A stretch of 64,000 nt of DNA from Syntrophales bacterium (GCA_963662405.2 CAXXKT010000003.1:416001-480000), one strand, 5' to 3'. Shown: positions 50,309 through 62,364, numbered from the stretch's first letter. The notes: generated by a model from the letters alone, not told the origin. Numbers and translations: made by a program.

Positions 50309-51423
50309 CGAGCGGCAGGCCGGACATTACGCTCTTCATCGTTACGATTGTCCTGGTCGTCATCGGGACGGTGATGATCTACAGCTCCAGTTCCATCATT
50401 GCCATGGAGAAATATGGCGACGGGTACCACTACATCAAGAAACAGATCGTCTTTGTCCTGCTCGGTCTCGGCATCATGATCGGGGTCTCCAAGGTGCCGT
50501 ACCGGTTCCTCAGAAAGGTGGCGTATCCCGGCGTGTTCATGGCGATAGCCCTTTTGTCTTTGCTTATGGTCCCCGGTGTCGGGACAACGGTGGGAGGGGC
50601 CACGCGGTGGATCCGGGTGGGGGGCATCTCTTTCCAGGTATCCGAACTGGTGAAGATCCTGTTGGTCGTATTCTTGGCCCACTACCTGACAAAGAAGATA
50701 GCCCACATAAAGGAGTTCTCACGTGTTTTCCTGGTCCCGCTGGCGTTTCTTGTGGTCATTCTCGGCCTCGTATTGTGCCAGCCTGATTTCGGGACGGCCG
50801 CTATCATGGTGATGGTATCCATGCTGATGTTTTATCTGGCGGGGAGCAGGCTTGTCTTTCTGGCCGGTCTCACGGCGGCGGCGATCCCCGTGGGCGTGAT
50901 CCTGATCATGCAGGAAAGCTACCGTATGCGGCGACTGATGTCTTTTCTCAATCCATGGGATGACCCCACCAGGACCGGATTCCAGATCATCCAGTCGTTC
51001 ATCTCTTTCGGTTCCGGCGGTACCTTCGGTGTGGGGCTGGGAAACAGTATGCAGAAGCTCTTTTATCTCCCCGAACCGCATACGGATTTTATCCTTGCGG
51101 TTATCGCCGAAGAGAGCGGGTTTTTCGGGGTTACGGTTATCATCCTGCTCTTCTCGTTCCTTGCCCTTCGGGGGTTCGTGATTTCGTTTCGGTGCCCGGA
51201 TCTGTTCGGAATGCTCCTGGCCGCCGGTCTCACCACCGTGATCGCGATGGAGGCATTTATCAATATGGCGGCGGTGATGGGGCTTATCCCTACCAAGGGG
51301 TTGGTGCTTCCCTTTCTCAGTTACGGGGGTACCTCATTGATGGTGTGTATGTTGGTGATCGGGATACTGTTGAATATTTCTTCCCATCAGGGAAGTGAAG
51401 CGGTGAGTCGGGAGACTCCATGA
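50287..51423 (+). CDS. ftsW: Peptidoglycan polymerase FtsW
   Basis: GATRW, QPDFG, LPEPHTDF and LSYGGTS. Confidence 0.95.
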   Translation: MGKQSPVASGRPDITLFIVTIVLVVIGTVMIYSSSSIIAMEKYGDGYHYIKKQIVFVLLGLGIMIGVSKVPYRFLRKVAYPGVFMAIALLSLLMVPGVGTTVGGATRWIRVGGISFQVSELVKILLVVFLAHYLTKKIAHIKEFSRVFLVPLAFLVVILGLVLCQPDFGTAAIMVMVSMLMFYLAGSRLVFLAGLTAAAIPVGVILIMQESYRMRRLMSFLNPWDDPTRTGFQIIQSFISFGSGGTFGVGLGNSMQKLFYLPEPHTDFILAVIAEESGFFGVTVIILLFSFLALRGFVISFRCPDLFGMLLAAGLTTVIAMEAFINMAAVMGLIPTKGLVLPFLSYGGTSLMVCMLVIGILLNISSHQGSEAVSRETP

Positions 51424-51483
51424 CCGGACCGGCAGGACGATGTGAAGGGCCTATATCGTGGTCGGATTTTCTGTGTGATGTGT

Positions 51484-52608
51484 ATGAAACAAAAGAGGAA
51501 CAAACTGGTGATAGCCGGCGGCGGGACGGGAGGTCACCTCTTTCCCGCGGTGGCAATTGCCGAGGAATTTCTGGGGCGCTCTGAGATGAACGAGGTCCTC
51601 TTCATAGGAACGCAGAGAGGACTGGAGGCACGTCTCCTCCCCGGCCTGGGCTTTGTGCTTCGCACCATTACCGTGCAGGGGATGAAAGGGCTGGGTGTGA
51701 GGGGAATGGTCGCCGGTCTCCTGAAAATTCCGCGGGGGTTCGCACAGTCGTTCTCCGTCCTGCGTGAGTTTCGTCCCGATATCACGGTGGGTGTTGGCGG
51801 TTATGCGTCAGGCCCCGCCGTGTTGGCGGCCCATTGGATGGGAATCAGGACGGCGGTGGCCGAACAGAACGCCATCCCGGGGTTTACCAACCGGATGCTC
51901 GGCCGTTTTGTTGACCGGGTATTTCTGACCTTCCCCGACAGGGAAGGACGGTTTGCACCCGCGAAAACGATCGTGACGGGAAACCCCGTGAGAAAGGAAT
52001 TCTTTGAAGGGATATCGCCATCATCAGAAAAAGAGAAGGACAGCTTCTCCATCCTCGTCTTCGGGGGGAGCCAGGGGGCTCGGGCCATCAACCGGACGAT
52101 CGTGGAGAGTATGGGGTATCTCGATGACCTGAAGGAGCGGCTTATCATTACTCACCAAACGGGGACATCGGATCTTGACGAGGTGACGGCTGCCTATCGT
52201 GACCTGAACATAGCGGCCGATGTGCGCCCCTTTATCGGCGATATGCCGACGGCATACGGGGCGGCGGATCTCTTGATATGCCGGGCGGGAGCGACCACCA
52301 TCGCCGAGATTACCGCCGTGGGGAAGGCGGCGATCCTGATCCCGTTCCCCTTCGCGGTCGGGGGACATCAAGAGTTGAATGCGCGTGTCCTCGCGGATGC
52401 GGGGGCGGCGGAGATGATCCGGGAGGATGCCCTTGACGGAAGAGCGCTTGCCGGGGTCATCAGGGTGCTTGCCGGGCATCCGGAGCGGATACGAAGAATG
52501 GAAACCGAATCGAAGAAGCTGGGAAACATACAAGCGGCTGGGCGGATCGTCGACGAATGCATGGCGCTCTTGGATGAAGGTACGGCACAGGAGGTCGGGA
52601 GGGCCTGA
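51484..52608 (+). CDS. murG: GlcNAc transferase MurG
   Basis: GGGTGGH, GGSQGA and RAGATT. Confidence 0.95.
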   Translation: MKQKRNKLVIAGGGTGGHLFPAVAIAEEFLGRSEMNEVLFIGTQRGLEARLLPGLGFVLRTITVQGMKGLGVRGMVAGLLKIPRGFAQSFSVLREFRPDITVGVGGYASGPAVLAAHWMGIRTAVAEQNAIPGFTNRMLGRFVDRVFLTFPDREGRFAPAKTIVTGNPVRKEFFEGISPSSEKEKDSFSILVFGGSQGARAINRTIVESMGYLDDLKERLIITHQTGTSDLDEVTAAYRDLNIAADVRPFIGDMPTAYGAADLLICRAGATTIAEITAVGKAAILIPFPFAVGGHQELNARVLADAGAAEMIREDALDGRALAGVIRVLAGHPERIRRMETESKKLGNIQAAGRIVDECMALLDEGTAQEVGRA

Positions 52609-53981
52609 TGTACAGAAAGATAAAGAAGATACATTTCGTCGGGATCGGCGGCATCGGCATGAGCGGGATTGCCGAAGTCCTCATGAATCTCGGATACACG
52701 ATCAGCGGGTCGGATCTGGAACGGTCCGATATCACGGCGAGGCTGGAGTCGCTCGGGGCCGTCGTTTCTTACGGGCACCGGTCGTCGAACCTCACCGATG
52801 TCGATGTGGTGGTCAAGTCAACGGCCGTCGGCGAAGACAACCCCGAGGTCGTGGAGGCCCACAGCAGAAACATCCCGGTTATCCCGCGGGCGGAGATGCT
52901 GGCCGAGCTTTTAAAGCTGAAGTACTCCATTGCCGTGTCGGGATGTCACGGAAAGACGACCACCACCTCGATGATCTCGACGGTCCTCGCCCACGGCGGT
53001 CTCGATCCGACGATGGTGATCGGGGGGAGGCTGGACAGTATCGGGAGCAATGCCCGTCTGGGAGAGGGGGATTTTATCGTCGCCGAGGCGGATGAGAGCG
53101 ACGGCTCGTTCCTCCGGCTGAACCCGTATCTCGCCGTCATCACCAATATCGATCGCGAACACCTGGACTACTACCCCGGAATCGGCGAGATCAAGGACGC
53201 CTTTCTGCAGTTTGCCAACTCGGTCCCCTTTTACGGGTCTGTCATACTGTGCGGTGATTGTGACAATGCGCGGGACATCCTCCCGCGGATCAAGCGAAAG
53301 ACCATTACCTATGGAATCTATCAAGAAGCGGATTTCCGGGCCGCCGACATATCATTCGAAGGCCTGATCTCGCGCTTTTCGCTTTTCCAGCAGGGGAAGG
53401 CCCTGGGGGAAGTGGAACTCAGTGTTCCGGGTCTGTTTAATGTGTACAATGCCATGGCCACCGTGGCCGTCGGGATGGAACTCGGCATGGAATTCCCCGC
53501 CATACGGGAGGGGATACAGACCTATCGGGGTGTCCATCGCCGTCTGGAGATCAAGGGGGAGGCCGGTGACGTGACGGTGGTCGACGATTACGGGCATCAC
53601 CCGACCGAGATCAAGGCGGTACTGGCGGCGGCGAAAAACGTATGGAAAGGGAGGCGTATCGTTGTCTTTCAACCGCACCGGTACACGCGCACCCATGCCC
53701 TCTTTGACGATTTCCTGGATTCATTTGATGACGCCGATGCCCTTATCCTGACGGACATCTATGCCGCCAGCGAGAAGGAGATACAGGGCGTGCATTCCAT
53801 CAATCTGAGCAGGGCCATCCAGGATCACGGCCATGGGGATGTGACCTATCTGTCTGGATTCAATGAAATCATCGATCACCTGTGCGCCGTCACACGGCCG
53901 GGTGACGTGGTCATGACCCTGGGTGCGGGTAATGTGTGGAAGATCGGTGAGGATCTGCTGAAAAGGCTGAGAGGGGCGTGA
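52608..53981 (+). CDS. murC: UDP-MurNAc:L-Ala ligase
   Basis: [16 protein letters not shown] and DDYGHHPTE. Confidence 0.96.
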   Translation: MYRKIKKIHFVGIGGIGMSGIAEVLMNLGYTISGSDLERSDITARLESLGAVVSYGHRSSNLTDVDVVVKSTAVGEDNPEVVEAHSRNIPVIPRAEMLAELLKLKYSIAVSGCHGKTTTTSMISTVLAHGGLDPTMVIGGRLDSIGSNARLGEGDFIVAEADESDGSFLRLNPYLAVITNIDREHLDYYPGIGEIKDAFLQFANSVPFYGSVILCGDCDNARDILPRIKRKTITYGIYQEADFRAADISFEGLISRFSLFQQGKALGEVELSVPGLFNVYNAMATVAVGMELGMEFPAIREGIQTYRGVHRRLEIKGEAGDVTVVDDYGHHPTEIKAVLAAAKNVWKGRRIVVFQPHRYTRTHALFDDFLDSFDDADALILTDIYAASEKEIQGVHSINLSRAIQDHGHGDVTYLSGFNEIIDHLCAVTRPGDVVMTLGAGNVWKIGEDLLKRLRGA

Positions 53982-54925
53982 GGGGAGCCGTCGGGATGAT
54001 CATGGACACGCAGATCAGACAAGATATAGCGGCTATCGTTGCCGGGGAGGTCCTCTTCGATGAGCCCATGTCGGCTCACACATCGATGGGTGTCGGAGGG
54101 AGGGCCGACGTGCTGGTTTCCCCACGGAACGGGGGCTCCTTGAAAACCCTCCTCTCGTTCCTCCTGGAGGCGGGAATTCCCTTCCTGCCCATCGGAAACG
54201 GGACGAACCTGATTGTCAGGGACGGGGGATACCGGGGGGTACTGATCTCCGTGAAGGCGCTTCGAAAACTCGTGGTGACGGGAACGGATGATGCCGGCGG
54301 TGTCCGCCTCCACGCTCAGGCGGGGGTTTCCTGCTCCGAACTGGTTGATTTTTCGATCAGGAAATCCCTGGCCGGGATGGAATTTTGCGCGGGAATACCG
54401 GGGAGTATCGGGGGTGGCGTGAGGATGAATGCCGGTGCATGGGGGAGGGAGATGAAGGACGTCGTGACATCGGTCTTTCTTATCAACGGTACGGCGAAGG
54501 AGCGAGAGATACGAAGAGACGATCTCCTCTTTTCATATCGGAATCTTGCACTCCCCGACGGGGCGATCATTACCGGCGCCGATTTTTACCTCAACCCGGG
54601 TGATGGGGAGGGCATTCGTGAACGGATCGAACAGATCATCGCAACGCGGAAGAAACGGCATCCTCTGACGTACCGAAGCGCCGGTTCCGTCTTTAAGAAC
54701 CCCTCGGTCAGTCCGGCGGGGAAACTGATCGAAGAGGTCGGTCTCAAAGGGTTCAGGATAGGGGGCGCGGAGGTATCCGAGAAACATGGTAACTTTATCG
54801 TGAACCGGGGGGGCGCGACGGCGGCCGATGTCATCGCCCTGATTGAAATGGTTAGAGACCGGGTTCGGGATGAACGGGAGATCACCCTTGAGATGGAATT
54901 GCAGATCATAGGGGACGAGGCATGA
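53978..54925 (+). CDS. murB: UDP-N-acetylenolpyruvoylglucosamine reductase
   Basis: [22 protein letters not shown] and HGNFIVN. Confidence 0.95.
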   Translation: MRGAVGMIMDTQIRQDIAAIVAGEVLFDEPMSAHTSMGVGGRADVLVSPRNGGSLKTLLSFLLEAGIPFLPIGNGTNLIVRDGGYRGVLISVKALRKLVVTGTDDAGGVRLHAQAGVSCSELVDFSIRKSLAGMEFCAGIPGSIGGGVRMNAGAWGREMKDVVTSVFLINGTAKEREIRRDDLLFSYRNLALPDGAIITGADFYLNPGDGEGIRERIEQIIATRKKRHPLTYRSAGSVFKNPSVSPAGKLIEEVGLKGFRIGGAEVSEKHGNFIVNRGGATAADVIALIEMVRDRVRDEREITLEMELQIIGDEA

Positions 54926-55764
54926 AGAAAACCCGCACGCCGACCATCGCGCCCAAGAAAAACCGCTTGAAACGAAAGTCGGCAATGAACTCCGGCGAGA
55001 TCTACAAAATATTGGGCCTTGTTGGCTTTGCGGGTCTGTTGGCGGTTATGATGGTATACGCGTACAATTGTGCCCTCTGTGCCGATTATTTCAAGCTGAA
55101 GCATGCGGTCATTAGAGGGTGCAATAAGATCAGCGCAAAAGAGGTGAAAATGATCGCGGGGATAGATGCCCCCATGAATATCCTCAGCGCGAATGTGGAA
55201 AAGATGAAGCGGGAACTGGAGAAACATCCGTGGATCAAGAAGGCCTCCGTCGGAAGAGAGCTTCCCGATAGATTGATCATCGAGCTTACGGAGCGAAAGG
55301 CCACCGCTCTCCTTCAAAAGGGGAAAGATCTCTATATCGTGGATCGAGACGGTGTCGTGTTCAAGCGGCTCGAGGCGACCGATGGTGTTGACCTCCCGGT
55401 CTTTACCGGGTTCTATCGGAACGAAAATCTGCGCGAGGACCTGTTGAAAAAGGCGTTTGTGTTTCTGGGGTGTCTCTCCGAAAACAATTACTGCCTCCGA
55501 CCCTGGAACGTATCGGAAATTTATGTGGATGCGATACACGAATTTTCCGTTTACACGGACAAAAACCTCTTTCTGAACGTGGGCCTTGATGAATACGACA
55601 AGAAATTGAAACGACTGAAGAAAGTAATTGCTGACTTGGCGCGCAGAGGTGTGGATGAGGAGCCGCTCAGTATTGACCTTGTCGATGCCAGCAGGATTGT
55701 CGTCCAACATGGAAATTCATTCAGCCGGGATGGGCTGAAGACGGAGCACAAGACGAAGATATGA
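54922..55764 (+). CDS. ftsQ: Cell division protein FtsQ
   Basis: TM plus POTRA (HPWIKKASVGRELPD); position before ftsA. Confidence 0.88.
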   Translation: MKKTRTPTIAPKKNRLKRKSAMNSGEIYKILGLVGFAGLLAVMMVYAYNCALCADYFKLKHAVIRGCNKISAKEVKMIAGIDAPMNILSANVEKMKRELEKHPWIKKASVGRELPDRLIIELTERKATALLQKGKDLYIVDRDGVVFKRLEATDGVDLPVFTGFYRNENLREDLLKKAFVFLGCLSENNYCLRPWNVSEIYVDAIHEFSVYTDKNLFLNVGLDEYDKKLKRLKKVIADLARRGVDEEPLSIDLVDASRIVVQHGNSFSRDGLKTEHKTKI

Positions 55765-55841
55765 GCAATGCTGTGATAATCAGGTTTTGTTTCGATGTGT
55801 CTGCAACGGCTCCGGGGGGTACCGACAGGAAGGACGATTAG

Positions 55842-57068
55842 ATGGCAAAGAGAGAAAATATCGTCGTGGGTCTCGATGTGGGAACGACGAAAACGTGTGT
55901 TATCGTCGGTGAAGTGACGAATGTCGGGATCGATATTATCGGAATCGGTACGCACCCCTCGATCGGACTTCAAAAGGGGGTTGTCGTCAACATCGACAGC
56001 ACGGTGGATTCGATCAAGAGGGCTGTCGAAGAGGCCGAACTGATGGCGGATTGTGAGATTCGGTCCGTTTTTACCGGTATTGCAGGGAGTCATATCCAGG
56101 GATTAAACAGTTACGGTATCGTAGCGGTGAAGGGGGGCGAGGTCGGTGAATACGATGTCAAGAAAGCCCTGGAGGCGGCCAAGGCGATCGCTATTCCCCT
56201 TGATCGGAGGGTGATTCACATATTGCCGCAGTACTACATGGTTGATGATCAGGACGGGGTGCGAAATCCCATCGGTATGTCGGGTGTCAGACTTGAGGCC
56301 AAGGTTCATGTCGTCACCGGCTCCGTGACGTCCGTGCATAACATCATCAAGTCCGTGAACCGGGTCGGCCTGAGTGTGGATGACGTGATCCTGAATCCGA
56401 TCGCCTCGAGTGAGGCAATCCTCAGCCAGGATGAAAAGGATTTGGGGGTGGCCCTGGTCGATATCGGCGGCGGCACCACGGACGTTGCGGTTTATGCAGA
56501 AGGAAGCATCCAACATACCGCCGTTCTTCCGGTGGGGGGGAATTATGTGACCAACGACATCTCCGTCGGTCTGCGAACGCCGGTCCTGGAGGCCGAAAAA
56601 ATAAAGATGAAATACGGTTGTACCTATACGCCTCTGATACCGCAGAATGAGGTCATCGAGGTCCCCAGCGTGGGGGGAAGAGACCCGAGAAATGTGTCTC
56701 GCCAGGTGCTGGGCGAGATCATAGAGCCGCGTATAGAGGAAATACTCGGTCTGGCGCATCGGGAGATCGTCAAGTCCGGGTATGACGATCTCCTAGCGGC
56801 CGGTGTCGTGCTGACCGGCGGAACCGTGATTTTAGAGGGGATGACGGAGCTGGCGGAGCAGGTGTTCAACATGCCGGTCCGCAAGGGGTATCCGGTGGGT
56901 GTGGGAGGGATTACCGATATCGTCAACAGCCCGATGTATACGACGGGGGTCGGGCTGGTGATGTCTGGAAGTGTAGGTCGTGCCGATTATGCCGTCAAGA
57001 AAAAGGAAAAGAAGATAATCAGTAAACTCGTCAAACGGATGGAAGGGTGGTTTAACGATTTTTTTTAG
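55842..57068 (+). CDS. ftsA: Cell division protein FtsA
   Basis: GLDVGTTK, DIGGGTT and LTGG. Confidence 0.96.
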   Translation: MAKRENIVVGLDVGTTKTCVIVGEVTNVGIDIIGIGTHPSIGLQKGVVVNIDSTVDSIKRAVEEAELMADCEIRSVFTGIAGSHIQGLNSYGIVAVKGGEVGEYDVKKALEAAKAIAIPLDRRVIHILPQYYMVDDQDGVRNPIGMSGVRLEAKVHVVTGSVTSVHNIIKSVNRVGLSVDDVILNPIASSEAILSQDEKDLGVALVDIGGGTTDVAVYAEGSIQHTAVLPVGGNYVTNDISVGLRTPVLEAEKIKMKYGCTYTPLIPQNEVIEVPSVGGRDPRNVSRQVLGEIIEPRIEEILGLAHREIVKSGYDDLLAAGVVLTGGTVILEGMTELAEQVFNMPVRKGYPVGVGGITDIVNSPMYTTGVGLVMSGSVGRADYAVKKKEKKIISKLVKRMEGWFNDFF

Positions 57069-57083
57069 AGGGGAGGTATTGAT

Positions 57084-58253
57084 ATGTTTGAACTTGTACA
57101 GGGTGGTGGCCGGAGCAACGCCGCGAATATCAAGGTTATCGGTGTCGGAGGTGGGGGAGGTAATGCCGTCAACATGATGATCACCTACAACCTCGCAGGA
57201 GTCGAGTTTATCGTGGCCAACACGGATTCACAGGCCATGGTGGCGTCGAAGGCCCCGATCAAGGTCCAGCTGGGGGCTGAGATTACCAAGGGGCTTGGGG
57301 CCGGTTCAGACCCCGAAGTGGGGAAGAAGGCCGCCATCGAATCACAGGAGAGGTTGCGGGAGATCCTGGATGGAGCGGATATGGTCTTTGTGACGGCAGG
57401 CCTCGGTGGTGGTACCGGGACGGGTGGTGCGCCGGTGGTGGCTGAGATAGCGAAAGAGCTCGGGGCACTGACCGTTGCTGTTGTCACGAAGCCCTTTCAG
57501 TTCGAGGGGAAAAAGCGGTGGCGCCAAGCCGAGGAGGGCCTGGACGAGTTGCGGCAGATGGTTGACACACTCATCGTGGTTCCGAACCAGCGGCTTCTGA
57601 CCGTCAGCGGTAGAAGCATGTCTCTCCCCGATGCCTTCAAGAAGGCTGATGATATCCTCTACAACGGCGTAAAGGGTATTTCCGACCTGATCATGGTCCC
57701 GGGATTGATCAACCTTGATTTTGCCGACGTGAAGAACATCATGTCCGAAATGGGTCTGGCGATGATGGGCACCGGGGTGGCTGAGGGTGATAACAGGGCC
57801 GTTGAGGCTGCCCAGAAGGCGATTTCATCACCGCTCCTGGAAGACAATTCAATCCAAGGGGCCCGGGGCGTTCTTCTCAACATCACCGGGAACTCGGAGA
57901 TGACGCTTTTTGAAGTGAACGAGGCCTCCTCGCTGGTCCAGGCCGAGGCCCACGAAGATGCAAACATCATATTCGGAACGGTCTTGGATGATACCATGGG
58001 AGATGAAATCCGCATAACGGTTATTGCAACGGGATTTGATGCAAAAGACGGCAGGGTCCCCGAGCGAGCCACGGATCTTTCGAGTGCACAAAGCGCCGCG
58101 AGGAAACGGGATAATTTTGAAAGACCGACCTTTATCAGGAATCGGGCTGAACGGACGGGAGAAAAGCCGGTCGTTATCCGTATGGGCATGATTAGTGAGG
58201 ACGATGACCTGGATTTTGAAACCCCCGCTTTTCTCCGGAAACAGATGGATTAG
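57084..58253 (+). CDS. ftsZ: Cell division protein FtsZ
   Basis: GGGTGTG tubulin signature, NLDFADV and C-terminal FETPAFLRK. Confidence 0.97.
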   Translation: MFELVQGGGRSNAANIKVIGVGGGGGNAVNMMITYNLAGVEFIVANTDSQAMVASKAPIKVQLGAEITKGLGAGSDPEVGKKAAIESQERLREILDGADMVFVTAGLGGGTGTGGAPVVAEIAKELGALTVAVVTKPFQFEGKKRWRQAEEGLDELRQMVDTLIVVPNQRLLTVSGRSMSLPDAFKKADDILYNGVKGISDLIMVPGLINLDFADVKNIMSEMGLAMMGTGVAEGDNRAVEAAQKAISSPLLEDNSIQGARGVLLNITGNSEMTLFEVNEASSLVQAEAHEDANIIFGTVLDDTMGDEIRITVIATGFDAKDGRVPERATDLSSAQSAARKRDNFERPTFIRNRAERTGEKPVVIRMGMISEDDDLDFETPAFLRKQMD

Positions 58254-58736
58254 AACAAAAGAGCGGGTGGCAGGGGGATGCCTTACCTCTCCCTTGTCTT
58301 GTGGTGCCTTATGCACGGGAGAAGAGGCGGATAATCCTCCATGGCATCGTACGGCGATCATGGCCCACCTCCCCCATGACGCCGCCGGACGGTTCCGTGA
58401 TGGACGATCCCTCTGCCGATTGTCGATGCCGCTTCCATGCAAGCGAACGCTTGCACGCCCGGATGCGGAACGCCGACACAACCCGCAGTCAAAAAAACAT
58501 CCGTCTTCTAAAGAAATCTGCGTAAAATCCGATATTCTAACATGAGATGCTCGGCACCGTTTGTTCTCGGCGCCTGTGGTCGTGGGACGAACAACGGAGC
58601 CTGAACCTGAGGGGAGACGGAACCATGGCGGGGAAACCAATAATGACCGAAATATCCAGGGAGAGGGAAGAGGTGGTCCGGTTTCTTTGGACAGGTAACA
58701 GGGATTTATAAGTGGGAAGTTGCCCTGGGTTTGTGT

Positions 58737-59567
58737 TCATGCCGCAGCCTGTCCCTGTGGTAGTGATTCAAAATAAACCATAGCCGGTGTCTTTCTGTCA
58801 AAAGTATTGTGCCACCGTTTCTCGTTGTAGAACTGAAAATAGTCGGTAAGCCCCTTCTTCAACTCTTTCATTGAACCGTATGCCTTCAGATAGATATCTT
58901 CGTACTTGACGCTCTTCCAGAGCCGTTCGATGAAGACATTGTCCATCCATCGCCCCTGACCGTCCATGCTGATAGAGATATCATGAGAGCGAAGGACATC
59001 GATGAATGCCTGTGAGGTAAACTGACTGCCCTGATCGGTATTGAAGATAGCCGGGCGCCCATACGTGGTGAGTGCTTCTTCAAGCGCATCCACACAAAAC
59101 GCACTGTCCAACGTATTCGACAACCGCCAGGAGAGGACCATCCGACTCGCCCAGTCCATAACGGCTACCAGATAACAGAACCCTCGTTCCATGGGAATAT
59201 ACGTGATATCGGCAGACCATACGTGGTTGGGACGGATGATATCAAGTCCCCGTAACAGATACGGATATATCGGGTGCTGGGGATGCTTTATCGATAATCT
59301 CGGCTTGATGTACAACGCCTCGATCCCCATGCGACGCATCAACCGACGTACCTTATCACGTCCGATATCATACCCTCTCTGCCACAGCTCATTGCGAATC
59401 TTCCGACTCCCATAGAAGGGATACTGAAGATGAATCTCATCAATCTGACGCATCAGCTCCAGATCCTTCGCGCTGACCGGAACCGGAGAGTAATAAACAC
59501 TCGATCGGGACAGCTCCAAGAGTTCGCATTGACGGGTTATGGGCACACTCTTTTCTCTCTTGATCAT
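58737..59567 (-). CDS. IS3-family transposase OrfB (DDE)
   Basis: WSADITY, NTDQGSQF and DNVFIERLW. Confidence 0.93.
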   Translation of the reverse strand: MIKREKSVPITRQCELLELSRSSVYYSPVPVSAKDLELMRQIDEIHLQYPFYGSRKIRNELWQRGYDIGRDKVRRLMRRMGIEALYIKPRLSIKHPQHPIYPYLLRGLDIIRPNHVWSADITYIPMERGFCYLVAVMDWASRMVLSWRLSNTLDSAFCVDALEEALTTYGRPAIFNTDQGSQFTSQAFIDVLRSHDISISMDGQGRWMDNVFIERLWKSVKYEDIYLKAYGSMKELKKGLTDYFQFYNEKRWHNTFDRKTPAMVYFESLPQGQAAA

Positions 59568-59866
59568 CGCTTTGCGCTCGTTCCGTTGATGCGACCGAGC
59601 GCATGTGATAAAAAATCATTCTCCATCGATAACTGTCCGATCTTGGCGTGAAGTTCTTTTACATCCGGACCCTGGTTGTCCTTATGACCCTTGCCAAATA
59701 CGTCCGATGCGTGATCCATCAACTGCTTCTTCCATGTGGTGATCTGGTTCGGGTGTACCTGATACCGCTCGGCAAGCTCAACGATCGTCTGGTCCCCTTT
59801 CAGTGCCTCCAATGCCACCTTCGCCTTGAAGGACGGTGCATGGTTCCTCCGCGGTCTCTTGCTCAT
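59564..59866 (-). CDS. IS3-family transposase OrfA (HTH)
   Basis: FKAKVALEAL..HPNQITTWKKQ; slippery GATTTTTTA run near the 3' end. Confidence 0.92.
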   Translation of the reverse strand: MSKRPRRNHAPSFKAKVALEALKGDQTIVELAERYQVHPNQITTWKKQLMDHASDVFGKGHKDNQGPDVKELHAKIGQLSMENDFLSHALGRINGTSAKR

Positions 59867-60996
59867 ATCTCTTTCCTCCTTACGTCCACTATAGAGCAAC
59901 TTTCCCACTTATGCACCTGTCCAAATTTGCCCGACCAGCTCTGGATAACGATGTCCTCTGCGCCTTTCAGGAGTACCAGGATATCCAGGGGAAGGTAGGC
60001 GATAAAGGCAATCTGGAAGGCGAAGAACGGGCGGCGCTTGAGCAGGCCGTTGCTCAGGCAAGTGCAATGGCGGTGGAGGCCGAGATAGCCGGTATTGAAC
60101 TGCGGCAGGTTATCCATGCCTCGGCCGACGGGATCATGGTGATCAATGAAGACGGTACGATTCAGCTCATCAATACGGTCCTCCAGGTATTTTTGCATAT
60201 GACCGGCGATGAAGCCGTTGGGAAGAGATGCTCCGATATCCTGCGGGATGCGCGGTGTGACAGTGCGGATTGTCCATTAAGAGCCATCTTACATGATAAA
60301 GAACAACATGTTGAATATGACACTGAAAAAAAGAGGAGTGATGGCGCCCTCATCCCCTTCATCTGCAGCGCTACGCCCTTCACGGGTTTCGACGGCGAGC
60401 CGGCTGGGGTGGTTGTAACCCTTAAAAACATCAGGGAGCGAAAATACGCCGAGGATAATCTCAGAAAAGCGAACGAGCAACTTGAACTGCTTGCGACAAT
60501 CGATGGGCTGACCCACGTGGCCAACCGCCGTTCCTTCGATCAGACGATCAGTCGTGAATGGGGCCGGCTGCGGAGAAACGGCGGGCCGCTCTCGCTGATA
60601 CTGTGTGATGTTGATCACTTGAAATTGTACAACAATACGTACGGACGGCAAGCGGGGGACGCGTGCCTCTGCGAGATTGCCCGTACCCTTGAGAAGCAGG
60701 TGCGCCGGAGCGGCGATTTTGTTGCTCGGTACGGCGGGGGAACCTTTGCTGTTATTCTCCCGGGGACGGATGCCGACGGGGCGCTTCACGTCGCCGAGGG
60801 CCTACGCCTGAGCGTCGAGCGACTCGGTGTGGTGCATGGCGCCTCACCGGTGAAGCGCACGGTGACGATCAGTCTGGGGGGAAGTAGTGCCGTTCCGTCT
60901 GATAAGGGGGGGGTGGAAACACTGGTCGAACGGGCGAACGTGGCTCTCCGTGATGCAAAGACATCCGGACAGAACCGCGTCTCTTTTATACAGAGA

Positions 60997-61130
60997 GGAG
61001 CGTATCGCTCCCCGTTGAGTTCTTAGGTCTCATACCGGTTCTCATTTCTTCTCTTACATATGCGTGGGAGTGTATCGCTCCCCATGGATTCCTAAGATCT
61101 CACACAGATTCTCATCTTCTCCCTCTATGC
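60997..61130 (+). repeat. Imperfect ~70-bp tandem duplication
   Basis: GGAG(C/T)GTATCGCTCCCC...TCTCA...TTCTCAT...TATGC starting at 60997 and 61067. Confidence 0.7.
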
Positions 61131-61254
61131 ATTGAACGATCATGAATCAACCGCGCCCCGGTCAGGCGGGACTGGTCGGATCCGTTGATTCTGATTCTGA
61201 ATTTCGAAGGCGAATGCCTCAGGAAACGAACAGAAATGAAGCGGGCGGTGAACA

Positions 61255-62364
61255 ATGTCGAATAATGGTATCATAGTCGAACAAGAAACCCTTGCTGAAC
61301 ATGATGAGAGACCCCCGTACGATCAGTTATTCCGAGACTATCATCGGATGCAGGAAGAGACGCGTGATTTAAAACGGCAGCAGGCGCAAACCCGGGATGA
61401 ACTCGAGGCGGCGATCGCGCGGGCCAACAAGATGGCCGTTGAGGCGGAGATTGCCAATATCGAGCTGAATCAGATACTGAATACGTCGGTTGATGGGGTG
61501 GTTTTGATCAACGAGAATTTTGAGATACAGCGCATCAATACGGCCCTGTTGTTGTTTATACGGAAGGCGGAAGACGAGGTTATCGGGGAAAAGTGCCATG
61601 ATATCATCCATGATTCCCGGTGCGGGAGTGAGGATTGTCCGCTGTTCAGGATCCTGCACGGTGAGGGCCGTATCGAGTGTGATATTGAGCAATGGTGTGG
61701 TGGAGAAACTCCGGTCCCCTTTATTTTTACCGCCACTCCCTTCCGGGGCCTCGACGGTGCCTTGAGCGGCATGGTGGCCGGGTTAAAGGATATTACGGAA
61801 CGCAAACAGGCCGAGGAGGCCCTCAAGAGGGCCAATAAACAGTTGGAACGTCTTTCAACGATCGATGGGTTGACACAGGTGGCCAACCGTCGCTGCTTCG
61901 ATCAGACGATCGAGCGGGAATGGGGACGTCTGAGACGCGAAAAACAGACGCTCTCACTTATCTTGTGTGATGTGGATTATTTTAAATTATAAAACGATGC
62001 ATACGGACATCTGGCCGGGGACGAGTGCCTGAAATCCGTTGCCGGCGCCTTGCATGGCAGCGTGCGGCGCAGTGCTGATCTGGTCACGCGGTACGGAGGT
62101 GAGGAATTCGCCGTTATCCTGCCGGCAACCGACACACGAGGCGCCGCCCAAGTCGCTGAATCGTTGCGATTGAGGATTGAAAGACTTCAATTGGTTCACC
62201 GCGACTCATCCGTGAGCCCGCATGTTACCATCAGCCTGGGCGTTGCCACCACCCTTCCCTCGTTAAGGGTCGGACCAAAGGATTTGATTGCCGGTGCTGA
62301 CGGGGCCTTGTACGACGCGAAAGCGTCCGGGAGAAACCGTGTGGCGGTCAGATATGTGCAATGA
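61255..62364 (+). pseudogene. PAS-GGDEF diguanylate cyclase with an in-frame TAA at 61990-61992
   Basis: DVDYFKL*NDAYGHLAGD continues in the same frame to RYGGEEF...GRNRV. Confidence 0.85.

Larger units (their letters stand above)
58669..59942 (-). mobile_element. IS3-family insertion sequence, ~1.27 kb
   Basis: orfA/orfB pair; imperfect terminal IRs AGAG(G/C)TGGTC..TTTGGACAGGT..ATAAGTGGGAA; GGA target duplication at 58666-68 and 59943-45. Confidence 0.92.
58625..61026 (+). pseudogene. PAS-GGDEF gene interrupted near its 5' end by the IS; GGDEF degenerate
   Basis: Removing the IS and one GGA restores MAGKPIMTEISRER-DNDVLCAF...; the active site reads GGGTF. Confidence 0.8.

Noticed and set aside
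58254..58620. ORFs or ncRNA downstream of ftsZ
   Set aside because: Only weak GC-rich hairpins and motif-less ORFs; no recognisable RNA family.
59836..59942. Track start of the 396-aa GGDEF ORF
   Set aside because: These codons are IS sequence; the native start is left of the IS at 58625 or 58643.
61990..61992. Selenocysteine/pyrrolysine read-through of the GGDEF stop, since selB is nearby
   Set aside because: The codon is TAA, not TGA or TAG, and it replaces a conserved Tyr.
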